From Cycas panzhihuaensis (lineage: Eukaryota; Plantae; Cycadophyta), in the NCBI GenBank assembly GCA_023213395.1, contig CM041465.1, forward strand, positions 37,579,741-37,643,740: 64,000 bases of DNA, given 5' to 3'. A program made the translations under genes and the position numbers. Of this stretch, positions 12,475 to 24,486 are shown in pieces; position 1 is the stretch's first letter, and each line of letters begins with the position of its first letter. A model generated the notes under the pieces. The model searched no databases, was not told where the DNA came from, and was given only the letters and a program-made list of their open reading frames with translations.

Positions 12475-15400
12475 ATCACATTGATCCCTCTTTGATTGAG
12501 ACTTCTTTTATCTTTAACAGATCTAAAAGATTTAAAAACTTTACTTCAGTTAAAGACTTTGTAAGTATATCAGTAACCTATAGATCTGTTGGACAATAAG
12601 ACAGGGAAACAATATTATCAGTAACAAGATTACGAATAAAATACTGATGTAATTCTATATGTTTAGTCCTAGAATGTGAAACTAGATTTGTAGCAATAGT
12701 AATTGTACCTTGATTATCAACTTTAAGTTTAATGAAAGAGTTTAGAGATAGACCAATTTTATTTAGTAGAGATTTGAGCCAAAGTGCTTCTTTGCTAGCT
12801 TCAACAAATGCGTGATATTCATCTTCAGTCGTTGATAAAGCTAATGCCTGCATTTTCTTACTAGACCAAGTAATAGGTGAGGAATCTATAAAAAATACAT
12901 AGATTTTCGATCATTTATATCACCTGCCCAATCTGAATCAGTATATCTAGTTAAAGTTAAAGGTTTATTGCAAAAATTATAAGTTAAACCATAAAAAATA
13001 GTATGCTTTAGATATCGTAAGATACATTTAGTAGCTTTCCAATAAGATTCATGTGGTTGTTGCATATAACATGAGAATAAAGCGACATCATAGGAAATGT
13101 TAGGGCGGGTATGAGTTAAACAAATAAGACTACCAATTAGTTGTCTATATAATGTAGGGTCACATAAAGGTGATGAACAATCAGTAGATAGTTTGACTCC
13201 TGATTGTAATGGATTAGATATAGATTTAGCATTTTCCATGTTAAACCATTGAATTAAGTCTAAGATATATTTAGGTTGTAATATTATGATTATTGAGTCA
13301 TATTAATATATTTGTAATCTAATAAAATAATGTACGATGCCTAAATCAGTCATTTCGAATTTATTCATTAAAGTAGATTTTAAATGATGAATATTATTAG
13401 TTGATGATCCAGTAATTATGATATCATCAACATACAAGATTAAAATAGTAATATTTTCATTTTCATGTTTAAAATATAGATTTGGATCACTAATGCATCT
13501 AGTGTATCCAATTTGAATTAAATAATCGTCAACTTTAGTATACAAAGCTCGAGGAGCTTGTTTTAATCCATAAATGGATTTCTTTAGCTTACATACGATA
13601 TTAGGATTTTTAATAAATCTAGGTGGCTAGGATATGTAGATCTCTTCTTTGAGATCACCATTCAGAAATGCACTCTTTACATCCATTTGATGGATTTTCC
13701 AACTAAACTTGTCTGCTAAAGTAATAATTATTTTAATTGTGTTTATCTTTGCAATAGGGGCAAAGGTTTTGTTATAATCTATGCCATCAATTTGTGAAAA
13801 TCCTTTTGTAATGAGGCAAGCTTTATATTTTTCAACAGTGCCTATTGAGTTATATTTTGTTCTATAAACCCATTTGCAGTTAACTACATTTTTCCTAGGT
13901 GGGAGTGGTACGAGATCCCAAGTTGAATTCTTGATTAAAGCATTAGATTCGTTTGCATATCGTCCTGCCATACAAGATTGTTGCTAGCTTGTTTAAATGT
14001 TCTGGGATCATTATTATCCATTATTTTTGCTATTAAGACAAAGTTAACATGTAATTTTTGGGCACGCATTCGTCTGGTATCTAAAGGATTACCTACATCA
14101 GATCTAACATCAACAAATATTTTCGTTGCCCAGACAGGTTATTTGTTAGTAACTATTTCTAAAGTTATAGGTTGATTTGTAGAACTAGTTTGAGAGGAGG
14201 AATCTATGTCATTAGATTCGAATAGAGTCCAATTTTGGACTTGAGTTGATAAGGATTCTATAATTTACGGATCAACTTGTTTGTTAGAGGGGTCAAACAA
14301 ATAAGTATTGGTTAACAAATTTTCAATGGGAAGTTCTACATAAGTAGATGTTGAAGAAGATCCTTCTTCATTAAATATTACGTCATGCAAAATTAAAATT
14401 TGATGTGTGACTAGATCCAGGAGTCTATAAGCTTTACTTTCTTCGCTGTATCCAATGAAGATGTATTTTTGACTCTTAGGATCTAGTTTCTTACGTTTTT
14501 CTTTACGGATATATCCACACGCAATACTTCCAAAGATTTGTAAATGATTGACTGATGGTTTTCTTCCAAACCATTTTTGTTCTGGAGTAACATTCTGTAA
14601 ACATCTACTTGGTAAACGATTTAAAAGATAGTTGGAGCAGTTAATTGCTTCTGCCCATAACTTTAGGTCAAGATTCTTTACATGTAACATGCAATGAGTC
14701 ATCTCAACAAGAGTATGGTTCTTACGTTTAGTAACACTATTTTGTTGAGGAGTATATGCAATAAAATGTTGGAATTGAATTCTATGCAATTTACAGAAAG
14801 AAGTGAATTTACCACTTAAATATTTCTTTGCATTATGAGATCGAAAATTTTTGATTTTTGAATTTGATTGATTTTCAACTAGTATTTTGTATTCAACGAA
14901 AATGTCAAACACTTGACTACGTGTTTTGAGCATGTAAACCCAATATTTTCTTAAATAATCATCAATAAATGTAATAAAATAACAAAAGACAGAGTATGAT
15001 GTTACATGAAAAGGTCCACATATGTCAGAGTGAACAAGTTCAAGTGGAACTGTCGCTCTGAATTGTGTTTTATGTGGGAATGGGTCCATGTGTTGCTTAC
15101 TTATCACACAGGCTTTGCAAACACCATAAACAATGTTTAAGGGTAGAAGACCATGAACTATTTCATGCTTTTTTAGATATTACAGTTTGCCATAACTTGT
15201 TTGGCCAAATCATGCATGCCAAAGTTTGTTGACTAACTCAGATTTGGTGATAAAAGTACTGAAGGGTTTTGTTTTGTTATTTTGTAGACTTGTTAGACTA
15301 TAAAGACATGTGTTATGATCAACAGGTCCTGAGGTAATACATCTAAATTTGTTTAATGGTTCCTTAATGATAAATTTATCTTTCCAGAATTCGACGACAA

Positions 15401-16676
15401 GGTCTTTCTAGCAGATTTGATAAACAGAAAGTAGGTTTGGTAATATACCAAGTACGTAGAAAATGTCATTTATTGATCCATCCTTTAAGGTAACATCACC
15501 TGATCCTTTAACTTTAAGTTAGGTACCACTTCCAAAAGAAATCTCATCTTCAGAGTTCGATTCAGATTGATAAGTGGTTAAATTTTTCTGGTATCCAGTC
15601 ATGTGATGGGATGCACCAAAGTCAAGGATCCACTTTAGTGGTTGATTAGTTGGGGCAATAAATGTAGAAGTTGTTGTTGTTAGAGAACAATTAAGAGTTT
15701 GTCAATTTTAAGGTCGTGATTGAGGTTAATTTTATAATCCCTTGGAAGCTTTCCATGCCTCCAAAACTATTTTACTTCTACAGACATCAATAGTGTGACA
15801 TCTTTTATGACAATAGGCACAACTAGTGTTCTGAGAAGGATTTACATTGTTCCAATTAGGAAATGACTGATTAGGAGTATTCTAATGTTTAGATGGACAA
15901 GAATATTTAGAATTGTTTTGAAAATTAAATTAAGGACCTCTATGAGGTTTCTGAAATTTTGGATTAGAATTGTTCTATTATTTATTTTTATTTTATGGCT
16001 TTGTTTTGGAAAACAAAGCCTGGGAAGGATCTTTTAATATGCCTGTTTGGATCAACATTATTTGATGTTTAACTAGTTGGTTTGTTAACTGATTGAATAT
16101 GATCGGAGGATTGCCAGCTTGTTGTTTGGCAATTTTAAAAAAATTAAAGCGTTTTAGAAATTTGTTTATTGTAAGATGGATGATTATATCATCATCTTTA
16201 GCATGCGTGATTATTTTTTCAATATCATCTTCTTTACTTTTGGATTTAATACAATTACCTAGGTCTTTATTTATTAATTAAATTTTACATAAAAAATCCT
16301 CAACATTGGTAAAATCATCATAAGTAAGGTCATACAGTTGTTGTTCTAAAACAACCAGTTGATTTGTATCGACCTTATCATATTTTTCTTGCAGAGTTGT
16401 CTAGACAGTGGCTAGATCATATGTTTTAGAAAACTTCCAACTGATTTCTGGTGAAAGTGAGTTTAATATAGTGCCAAATGCTGAATCTGAGTTCATCAGA
16501 TATACCATATAACTTTCTGTAGCTTCATCTTTTGGTTTTTTAAATTCACATGTCACATATCACCATATTTTTTGCTATTTAAGCTAATGGGATATGTGAT
16601 TCCTCCAATCAGCATAGTTTGAGCTAGTTAAAACTAGAATCAGAATGCAAGTGGTTGTTCCTAGCATTAATGCCAT
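12475..16676 (-). pseudogene. gag-pol: Copia C gag-pol (PR, INT, RT, RNase H) with stops and frameshifts
   Basis: LELVHSDICGP and FITFIDDY (INT); QMDVKSAFLNG and LYVDDI (RT); YTDSDWAG and RTKHIE (RH); ATG at 16676. Confidence 0.92.
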
Positions 16677-17918
16677 ATTAGAAATTATAAAAAGTGAATA
16701 GAAGTCAGAGGATTTTGAAAAATTTTGATAAATAAGTGTAGGTAAAAAAGTCACATAAAAGATTTACCAAACATCAGAGTAATCCTGTTAACATTCCACA
16801 AACATGTTTAAGAAACTGAAAAAACATAGTTATATGTTCAGATACCCTTCCTCTAAAAAATAAATAAATAAATATTCCCCTTTTATGAAAATGTTAATAA
16901 TCCCCTTTATTATTAAAGAAATATATTTGAAAAATAAGTTACTTATTCAGTTATTGAAAATAATAATAAAGGTGTTAAGCAGTCTAATTACCCTTTAATT
17001 ATCCGTATAATGACAAAAATAAAATTTTAAATAAGGTTTTAAATGGTTATCCTTTCGAAAATAGAAAAACGTCACTCACTAAAGATGACTTTTTAAAGTA
17101 TGTACTAGAAAAGTTTTTACTAAATGAAATGAGGCTCAATTAAAAGCTATTAGGATATCTATCATGGTATAGTTTAAATGTGAACTAGAAAAAGAATTAT
17201 AGTAAGTAGTAGGTCCAAAACCCTAATAGGTTAATAAGACATAGTTAGCCTCACTCTTTAATAAGATCATATCAATGAGAGAGGTGACGAATTAAAGGCC
17301 ATAAATTCAAAAAAGGAGAGAGAAAGAATAACATGACTCTTTCAAAAGATTAAGTGAAAAATGAATACATATCTTTGAGAGAGGGGTTTTAAGATTAGGA
17401 TGTAATAAGGAGAGTTACTATTAACATTAGATTGTTGTAATGGGGGGAGTTAATGTTAAGTTATAAATCAAGGCCATTAATGTTAGGGACAAATAGAAAT
17501 GAACTATTTGCATAAACTAGGTATAGTATAATCTTCAAGATGTGTATTGTAAAGGGAGGTTAATGTAATAAGCAATATAAAAAAAAGTAAATGTAATAAA
17601 TATATTACATTATAGTAAGGGGAGTTTAATGTTGATTTTACGTACTAAAGGTTAATTAAAGGGGGGAAGATATTGAATTTTATTTGTAAATGAAAGTTTA
17701 TTAAGGTAAAAAGGGTGTTTGTTAATTAACGTTTAATAATAAAAAAATAACTTAAGTTTAATTAAACATTTATATATATATATACTATTATATATATATA
17801 AAAAAAAAGGAATAAAAAAAAAAGAAATGGAAAATTTGGAGTTCACAGACCTAACAGAAAATTACATTATACTAAAGTGAATCAAAATTGAATTGAATTG
17901 AGGTCTGAGGGGGGGAAT

Positions 17919-17937
17919 TAGGGTAGAAACCCTACCT
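17919..17937 (+). promoter_or_regulatory. Telobox-like motif TAGGGTAGAAACCCTACCT heading the antisense cassette of Copia C
   Basis: AAACCCTA at 17927-17934, downstream of a TA-rich tract (about 17770-17810); homologous to 62301-62321 in element K. Confidence 0.45.
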
Positions 17938-18414
17938 AGTTTTCATTCCCATGGCGGCGCTTCAATTTTCGTTGCAGGTCTAGACCCTACTTCTCGAACC
18001 TCCAACTCTATACTATGCTCAGACGCAAGAGTATAACGATGGTGGCTATGCTTGGACTACTCATAGTTTTGTACCGTGCTACATTCAAGTTGATGATCCT
18101 CTACAAGTCGAGCATTCATCGTTAACGTAGGCCTCCAAATCCCTCCTCTTTCGACCTCTGACATTACTGTTCACATTTTCACCAAGGCTATCTCCTCCCT
18201 CGGGGTTAGCTGGCAGCTAGCTATCCAAGTCTGGACGTTGTAACTTGTCTGGTTTGTGGCGGCTCTCCTCCAAATGTGTCTAGATCATGCAAGGTGTCTA
18301 ATGGCGACTCTCCTGCAAATGTGTGGTTTCTCCAATGATTGCTCTCAACGGCTCCTCTAAATGTGTCTCCCTCAGGTTTTCCTTGGTTGCAGGTCTAGAT
18401 TCTCCAATGGTTGT

Positions 18415-18946
18415 CTTTCTCAACCCTTAATCTCAGATGCATTCATAGGGATATCATGAACCGGCTTCTCTAGTTCCACCTTTTCATTTGGACTGACCTC
18501 AAATCTTGGTACCTTCTCTACAAGAGTACCCTTTGGTACCATAGCGATGTCATTTGGTGTTGCAGGAGCATCATTTGGCTCTTTATTTAGTTCTAGTTCC
18601 TTTAATAGCACATGATCCTTGTTTGGGGCAAAGCCAAGCAATGATGGGGCATCTCCATCCAGTACGAGCAATGGTGGTGCTTCTCTTATATATGGAGTTT
18701 TAGAGATTGACAACAGTACAGTTAGTGGAAGTGGGTTTCCAACTCTGCATGAAGTGCCATTGGAGACAGGTGAAGAGAGGGAAAAATTAGTGTCCATAGG
18801 TAATTATAGATTGATCCATAATGACAATTTATATCCAGATATAAAGATGACAAGTATGGTCAAAAGAGGTATTACTTTTGCCAGCGTGAACAGTGGTGGT
18901 GATGTTAAGGAAGGCCTTGCAATATTTGTATTGAAGTTTAAAGATA
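18415..18946 (+). pseudogene. NUP50: Captured fragment of nucleoporin NUP50 (FG-rich segment plus RanBP1-type domain with internal deletion), antisense inside Copia C
   Basis: One frame from 18421: QPLISDAFIGIS*TGFSSSTFSFG...SLFGAKPS...[17 protein letters not shown]|[32 protein letters not shown]...LKFKDS; matches recalled plant NUP50 motifs (NAFTGLASTGFS.SSFSFG, ETGEENEK, GNYRL.LNASLYP.MK...MDKKGITFACVNS, LKFKD). Confidence 0.88.
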
Positions 18947-21780
18947 GCTCTGATACCACGTAAGAATAGGCACATGTACATAGTCATAACATCATAGGAA
19001 TAAAAAAGATATAAGAGAAGAGATAATGCACATGCACACAGAGTTGACGGGTGGAAAACCCCTTCTGGGGAAGAAAAACCACCACTTAAAAGCTAAATTG
19101 TATTAAGAAGAAATGCTATACAATACCATGATTAAAACCACCTATGAAAGACAAAACCATCCTTGTAATAGGCTTCTAGATAGCCTCCTAGAATCCAGGG
19201 ATCAACTCCTTGAATCTAGGAGAAAATATAAATAATAAGAAAGGTTCGTTGAAATGTGCAGTTGTGCATTTCAACGACCTTCCACATAATATTAAACTTT
19301 AAAGTATAAACATTTAATTTTAGAATCACTTAAATTAGAAATTACACATGTGACTCAAATAATAACATAAAAGTAACATTAATACTTCTAACAAAACCAA
19401 ATGTACTTATCTAAGTTTTGCCAATGCTCCTATAAAGTCTTTGTAAGTAGTTGGCCTAAATCTTACTAGTGGTTGGGTATAAAAGTCATTCCAAGTAGGT
19501 GTTCCTATAGTTTATTCTAGCCATTGATACCATTGGATGGCCTCGTGTTCCAAGTGGAAGGAGACAAACATGACCTTTAGGTATCTAGTAGTTGATTTAT
19601 TTGGAAGTATTGTTTAGCCCTATAAATTCAACTAGTTGGATCCTTGCCATCAAACCTTGGGAAATCAATTTTAGTTGTATAGGATAAAATGCCTAGTGTT
19701 TGACTTGTAGTTTCCATGGCCCCTCTTTAGGAATTGGACTATTAGCTTTGGGCATTTGTCGATCCTTCATGTTATATCATTTATTTTGACTATATGAATG
19801 CTAATAGTTTGGTATCCATCCTCGTTAACATATTGTGTAGGTCATGAATGTCCTTGGTCATAGTATCAATCATGCCCATTTTTTCTCATTTTTTTGAAAT
19901 TTAATTTAATTTAATTTTTCTAAATTTAGTTTACCAAAGGGTGGAGAATGACAAATAAAAATGATTTTAGTAAGAGGCTTTGGTCAATCGAGCTATACAA
20001 ATAGGAGATATTAGATATTTCTTAGGCTACACAAATATGTGCAGGTTCTTATAAGGGAATTTGGTCGGTTATGCTAAAAATTTAACAAACTAATAAAAGA
20101 GGGTCTTGTATCCACAATGATAAGATCTTGCTATAGCCAAAATTTAGAGGTGATTTGAGTAATGATTGAGGAGTTATGGTGAATAGAAGGAAAATCACTA
20201 ATGTGAAAAAATTGACAAATCAATTTAGAATTTGGCTAAGGGCCCTTTAGAGAAAAGTGTTTAAAATGAAAATTTAGATAATTTGATAAAGTTTAGGGAA
20301 AAGAAAGCATCTAAAATAATAATATAGCTCCCAGAGTGATTTTTTTTTACACTTTTTCTATTGTTAAGTTTGATTCAGACTAGAAGTCAAAATCCCTCCT
20401 AGATATAGAGATTTGGTTTTGAAATTTCTATATACTAAAAACCCTTTGTTGTTGAATAGATCTACTCTAACATGCCCAAAATCTCTATTTTGTTTCATCT
20501 TGAAACCCTTTCTACCATGTATAATTGTCTCTACTCTATTCTATATGAATATATGTTCTATTATAATTCTATAGAAGCCAAAGTAGGATGGAGAAAAAGA
20601 GTTCCTAATCTTGGTATAAGGAGTGTCTGGTATATAGACCCTCTAATACACTAGTCCTAATCATAAATAGTATCAATTGTGAAGGCTAATGGTATACCCT
20701 ATAGCTATACTACCTTGTCTCTAGGGTATGTGGAGAGTAAGTTCCTAGGGCTAATCACTTACCAATACACTAAAGATGATAGATGTCAAAGGCTTCCTAT
20801 CTAATGTTGGTTCAGAAATACCTATAAGGGTTTTTCGATATATGTAAGGTACATGAAAGCTCAGCACTCTATCAAATGCAATTTAAAGTTTGAAACATAT
20901 TCCTTCATATGAAAGCACACTAGGCTAAGAATAATAGCTTATTGGGATTGTTATAGACCCCCAATATAGTGTCTTTAGCCTAGTAAAAAGGGTAGGTGCT
21001 AAGCATAATTATCTTCTCTTGAAAACTATAAAGTTGACATGAAGAAGGAGAAGGATGGAATCTCTATTTATAGCTTGTAGTAACTTGCCACTTTTACTAC
21101 TTTTTAATCACCAACATCCTAAGTATATGAGGTGAAATCTTATGGTAGGTAAAAGTGGCCCTAAAAAGTGCTCTGATACCACTTGGTATGATCCTGCCAC
21201 TACAAATCCTGAAAAGAAAATATGCATAGAAATCTCAAGAAACTTTATTAAATTACAAGAACTTAAAATCCTAGGTCTTTTCGAGGGGGAAACCTCTTGT
21301 CAATAGAGGTCTCTAATAGCATTCTTCAATACCCTCCTTATTACGAACATTCTTTATATATTAAGATGCTACTCTTGTTATCCTACAACTAGTGCATGTG
21401 GGATTACAAAACGAGCATTGCCCTTATAATGGAATATGTGTTATCATTATATTACTAATACTAACAACTACCATCCCATACTAATAAAGGGTTAGAACAT
21501 GAGGACCTTAACAATCTCAAAGCTAGTGGTTATTTCAGCTCATTTTGAAGTTGGATCTTTTAGTTTTATACTTTTTTCATATTTTTAAAATAGTATTTAT
21601 ACAATGGTTTAGACTCATATTGGAGTTGCTATAGTTTAGGCTCATTGTAGAGTAATATTAATTTAAGATTATTTTAGAGTAGTGTTGTATAAATGGAGAC
21701 TAGGCTAAAATCCTAATCTCATCAATGGGCTAAAGAGCCTTGAGGAGGAGAACCATATTTCTAAAGGTAGCATTCTATGA

Positions 21781-22551
21781 TATGTGCAACTAGTTGGTTG
21801 ACTTTGGTGTTTTATTTTTGTAGAATATGGTGGATTATAACTAATAAAAAGTGGGCTAATAAAGACTTAACTATGTTGTCAAGGGCAAGTAATTGAGGGA
21901 AAAGAATTTTATAAACTTATATAAGTTAGTAGACGACTAGCTAAGAACAAAAAAGTAATAAAATAGAGTTATTATAAACTTGGATTATATTAGTTAAGGC
22001 TTCAATGATTGGACTCTATTGAGTTATGTTATTGGTCACCATTGGTATGTACATTCTAGCATTTATCAAAATATGGTTTATTTAATCATGAATAATCCAA
22101 GAAATAATAGAAAGTTTAGTATATCTATGGCTTCCCCCATTAATATGGATGATTAATGCCATGAAAATGCATTAGTGGCATAGAGGTGACATGATGGATA
22201 TAGGAGAGGTACAAAAATTAAATAATAAGGAAAGGCTTCAAGTTTTTGATCTCAACTCTAACTACTAATTAGATTAGAAGTGGGCCCCATTAGTTGCTCT
22301 TGATTAATTTTACTACAAGTTTTTTGGGTTGTTTATTTTTATCCATCTAGTGTCAAATAGGTTTTAATAACAATTGAGGCCATGATGGACCTAAGTAACT
22401 GGATCTAAAGGTCTTGAATAACCCATATAATTAGACCTAAATTATGTGTTTTAGGTGGAGACAAAGCAACAACATGATTTACTTTAGATGCAAAGAAGGT
22501 AGAGTAAGCATAAAAAAGATTTTTTATTGTTATTGTTGTTTTACTTTTATG

Positions 22552-22583
<32 letters not shown>

Positions 22584-23390
22584 ATGTGTGCGTGTGTATG
22601 TGTGTAGTACTCTACTTTATGTGCAACTAGTTGGTTGACTTCAGTGCTCTATTTTTGTAGAACATGGTGGATTATAACTAATAAAAATTAGACTAATAGA
22701 GACTTAACTATGTTGGAAAGGGTAGGTAATTAGGGGAAATGGACTTGGTAAACTTGTGTAGGTTAGTAGACGGCTAGTTAAGAGTCAAAACGTAGTAAAA
22801 TAGGGTTATTACAAACTTGGAGTATATTAGTTAAGGTTTCAATGATTGCAGTTTATTCAGTTATGTTATTGGTCACTATATATACATTCTAGCACTTATC
22901 AAAATATGTCTACTTAGTCGCGAATAATCTAAGTGATAGCAGAAAGTCTAGTGTTTCCATGGATTTCCCTATTAATATGGATGATTAATTCCATAAGAAT
23001 GTATTAGTAGCTTAGAGGTAACTTGATGGATATAGAAGAGGTACAAAAATTAAATGATAAGGAAGGGATTTAGGTTTATGATCTCAACTTTGACTACTAA
23101 TTAGATTGGAAGTAGGCCCCATTAGTGGCTCTTGATTAATTTTACTACAATTTTTTTGGGTTATTTATTTTTATCCCTCTAGTGTTGAATAGATTTTAAT
23201 TATAATTAAGGGTATGATGGACCTAAGTAAGTAGATTTGAAGGTCTTGAATGATGCACACAATTAGACCCAAATTATATCTTGTAGGTGGAGACAAAGCC
23301 ATAATATGATTTACCTCATATGCTAAGAAGGTAGAGTAATCATGAAAAAGAATTGTTATTGTTATTGTTATTTTACTTTTATGACTTTTC
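21781..23390. repeat. Diverged tandem duplication, unit about 837 bp, each copy ending in a microsatellite
   Basis: TATGTGCAACTAGTTGGTTGAC starts at 21781 and 22618; colinear to TTTTACTTTTATGA; (TA)(TG)n at 22553-22604. Confidence 0.9.
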
Positions 23391-23394
23391 TTGT

Positions 23395-23552
23395 ATCTCT
23401 CTCTCTCTCTCTATATGTATATATACATATATACATACATATATATATATACATATATACATACATATACATACACACACACACACATACACACACACAC
23501 ACACACACATAGATAGATAGATAGAGAGAGAGAGAGATGTATATGTATATAT

Positions 23553-23640
<88 letters not shown>
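23395..23640. repeat. Compound microsatellite (CT)n/(TA)n/(CA)n/(GA)n
   Basis: Directly visible. Confidence 0.98.
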
Positions 23641-23642
<2 letters not shown>

Positions 23643-24207
23643 ATATGATTAAATTAAGAAGGGGTTTTAAATAGGGCCCCAACTATATTACATAATCCAC
23701 CAATCGACCATCAGAATTTGCCGTGACAAGCCCTTGGCCTAGCTGTCCTTTATCCTACCATCCTAATAATCTCTGCCACGACAAGCCCAATGGCTAGCTC
23801 TAAAACCCTAACTGGGAAAATGCTTCCCTATCCTCCTTAACCAAGTCTATAATCTCTTATGGTACTTCCTTATCCCAAGCCCCATCTCTTTTATGATATA
23901 CCCCCTAGTTGGCCAATTTGTCAGCTACCCTATTTCCTTCTCTGTAAGTGTGACATACCTAGAAATTTTCTTTACCTTTTATGATCTCTTGAATGTCTCT
24001 AATCATAGCTACAAATTTCCAATCTAGTTTTGACTCTCCTATGACCATCTTTATCATATTTAGTGAGCCCCCTCTAGTAGCACCCTTTGAAACCATATCC
24101 ACCGCTCTCTGCATAACAACTATCTCTACTCTATGGTTCGTTTGGCATCCGTAGTATATGACAAAGGCCCATACAATTTCCCCTTTGGAATTTCTATGAA
24201 TACTCTA

Positions 24208-24254
<47 letters not shown>

Positions 24255-24420
24255 ATTTAGCGAGTCCCCCTCTAGTATCATCCTTTGATAATCTCCCTTT
24301 AAAACCATATCCACCACCCTTTGCATAGTAGTCAACTTCGCTCTATGGTTTGTTTGGCATATATAGTAGTTGGCAAAGGCCCACATAATTTTCCCTTTAG
24401 AATTTCTGTAAATACTCTAT
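23641..24420 (-). mobile_element. 5'-truncated plant L1-type LINE: RNase H-like domain plus 3' tail, 5' part duplicated
   Basis: Minus-strand translation gives ILEGDSLN, HTYREGNRVADKLAN, TNHRA/VE; segments about 24062-24207 and 24258-24420 are duplicates separated by (CA)n. Confidence 0.8.
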
Positions 24421-24486
24421 ACATACATACATATATACATACATACATGCATACACACATACATTTATGTGTGTGTGTGTGTGTAT

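Larger units (their letters stand above)
11994..19393 (-). mobile_element. Full-length degenerate Copia element C nested in gag of B
   Basis: 435-bp LTRs 11994-12428 and 18959-19393 (about 33 mismatches by hand count, mostly transitions); TSD AAACT/AAACC; PBS 18947-18958; PPT 12429-12435. Confidence 0.95.
7816..21513 (-). mobile_element. Degenerate Gypsy chromovirus (Reina/Tekay-like) element B, interrupted by Copia C
   Basis: Diverged LTRs 7816-8147 and 21184-21513; TSD ATCTC (7811-7815, 21514-21518); minus PBS 21170-21181; PPT 8150-8160; domain order gag-PR-RT-RH-INT-chromo on minus strand. Confidence 0.9.

Noticed and set aside
18420-18797. 125-aa minus-strand ORF
   Set aside because: Antisense shadow of the NUP50 frame; no independent motif
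20588-21170. Antisense ORF or capture next to the PBS of chromovirus B
   Set aside because: About one stop per 8 codons and no recognisable homology; every stop starts with T, so explaining them by C>T is not evidence
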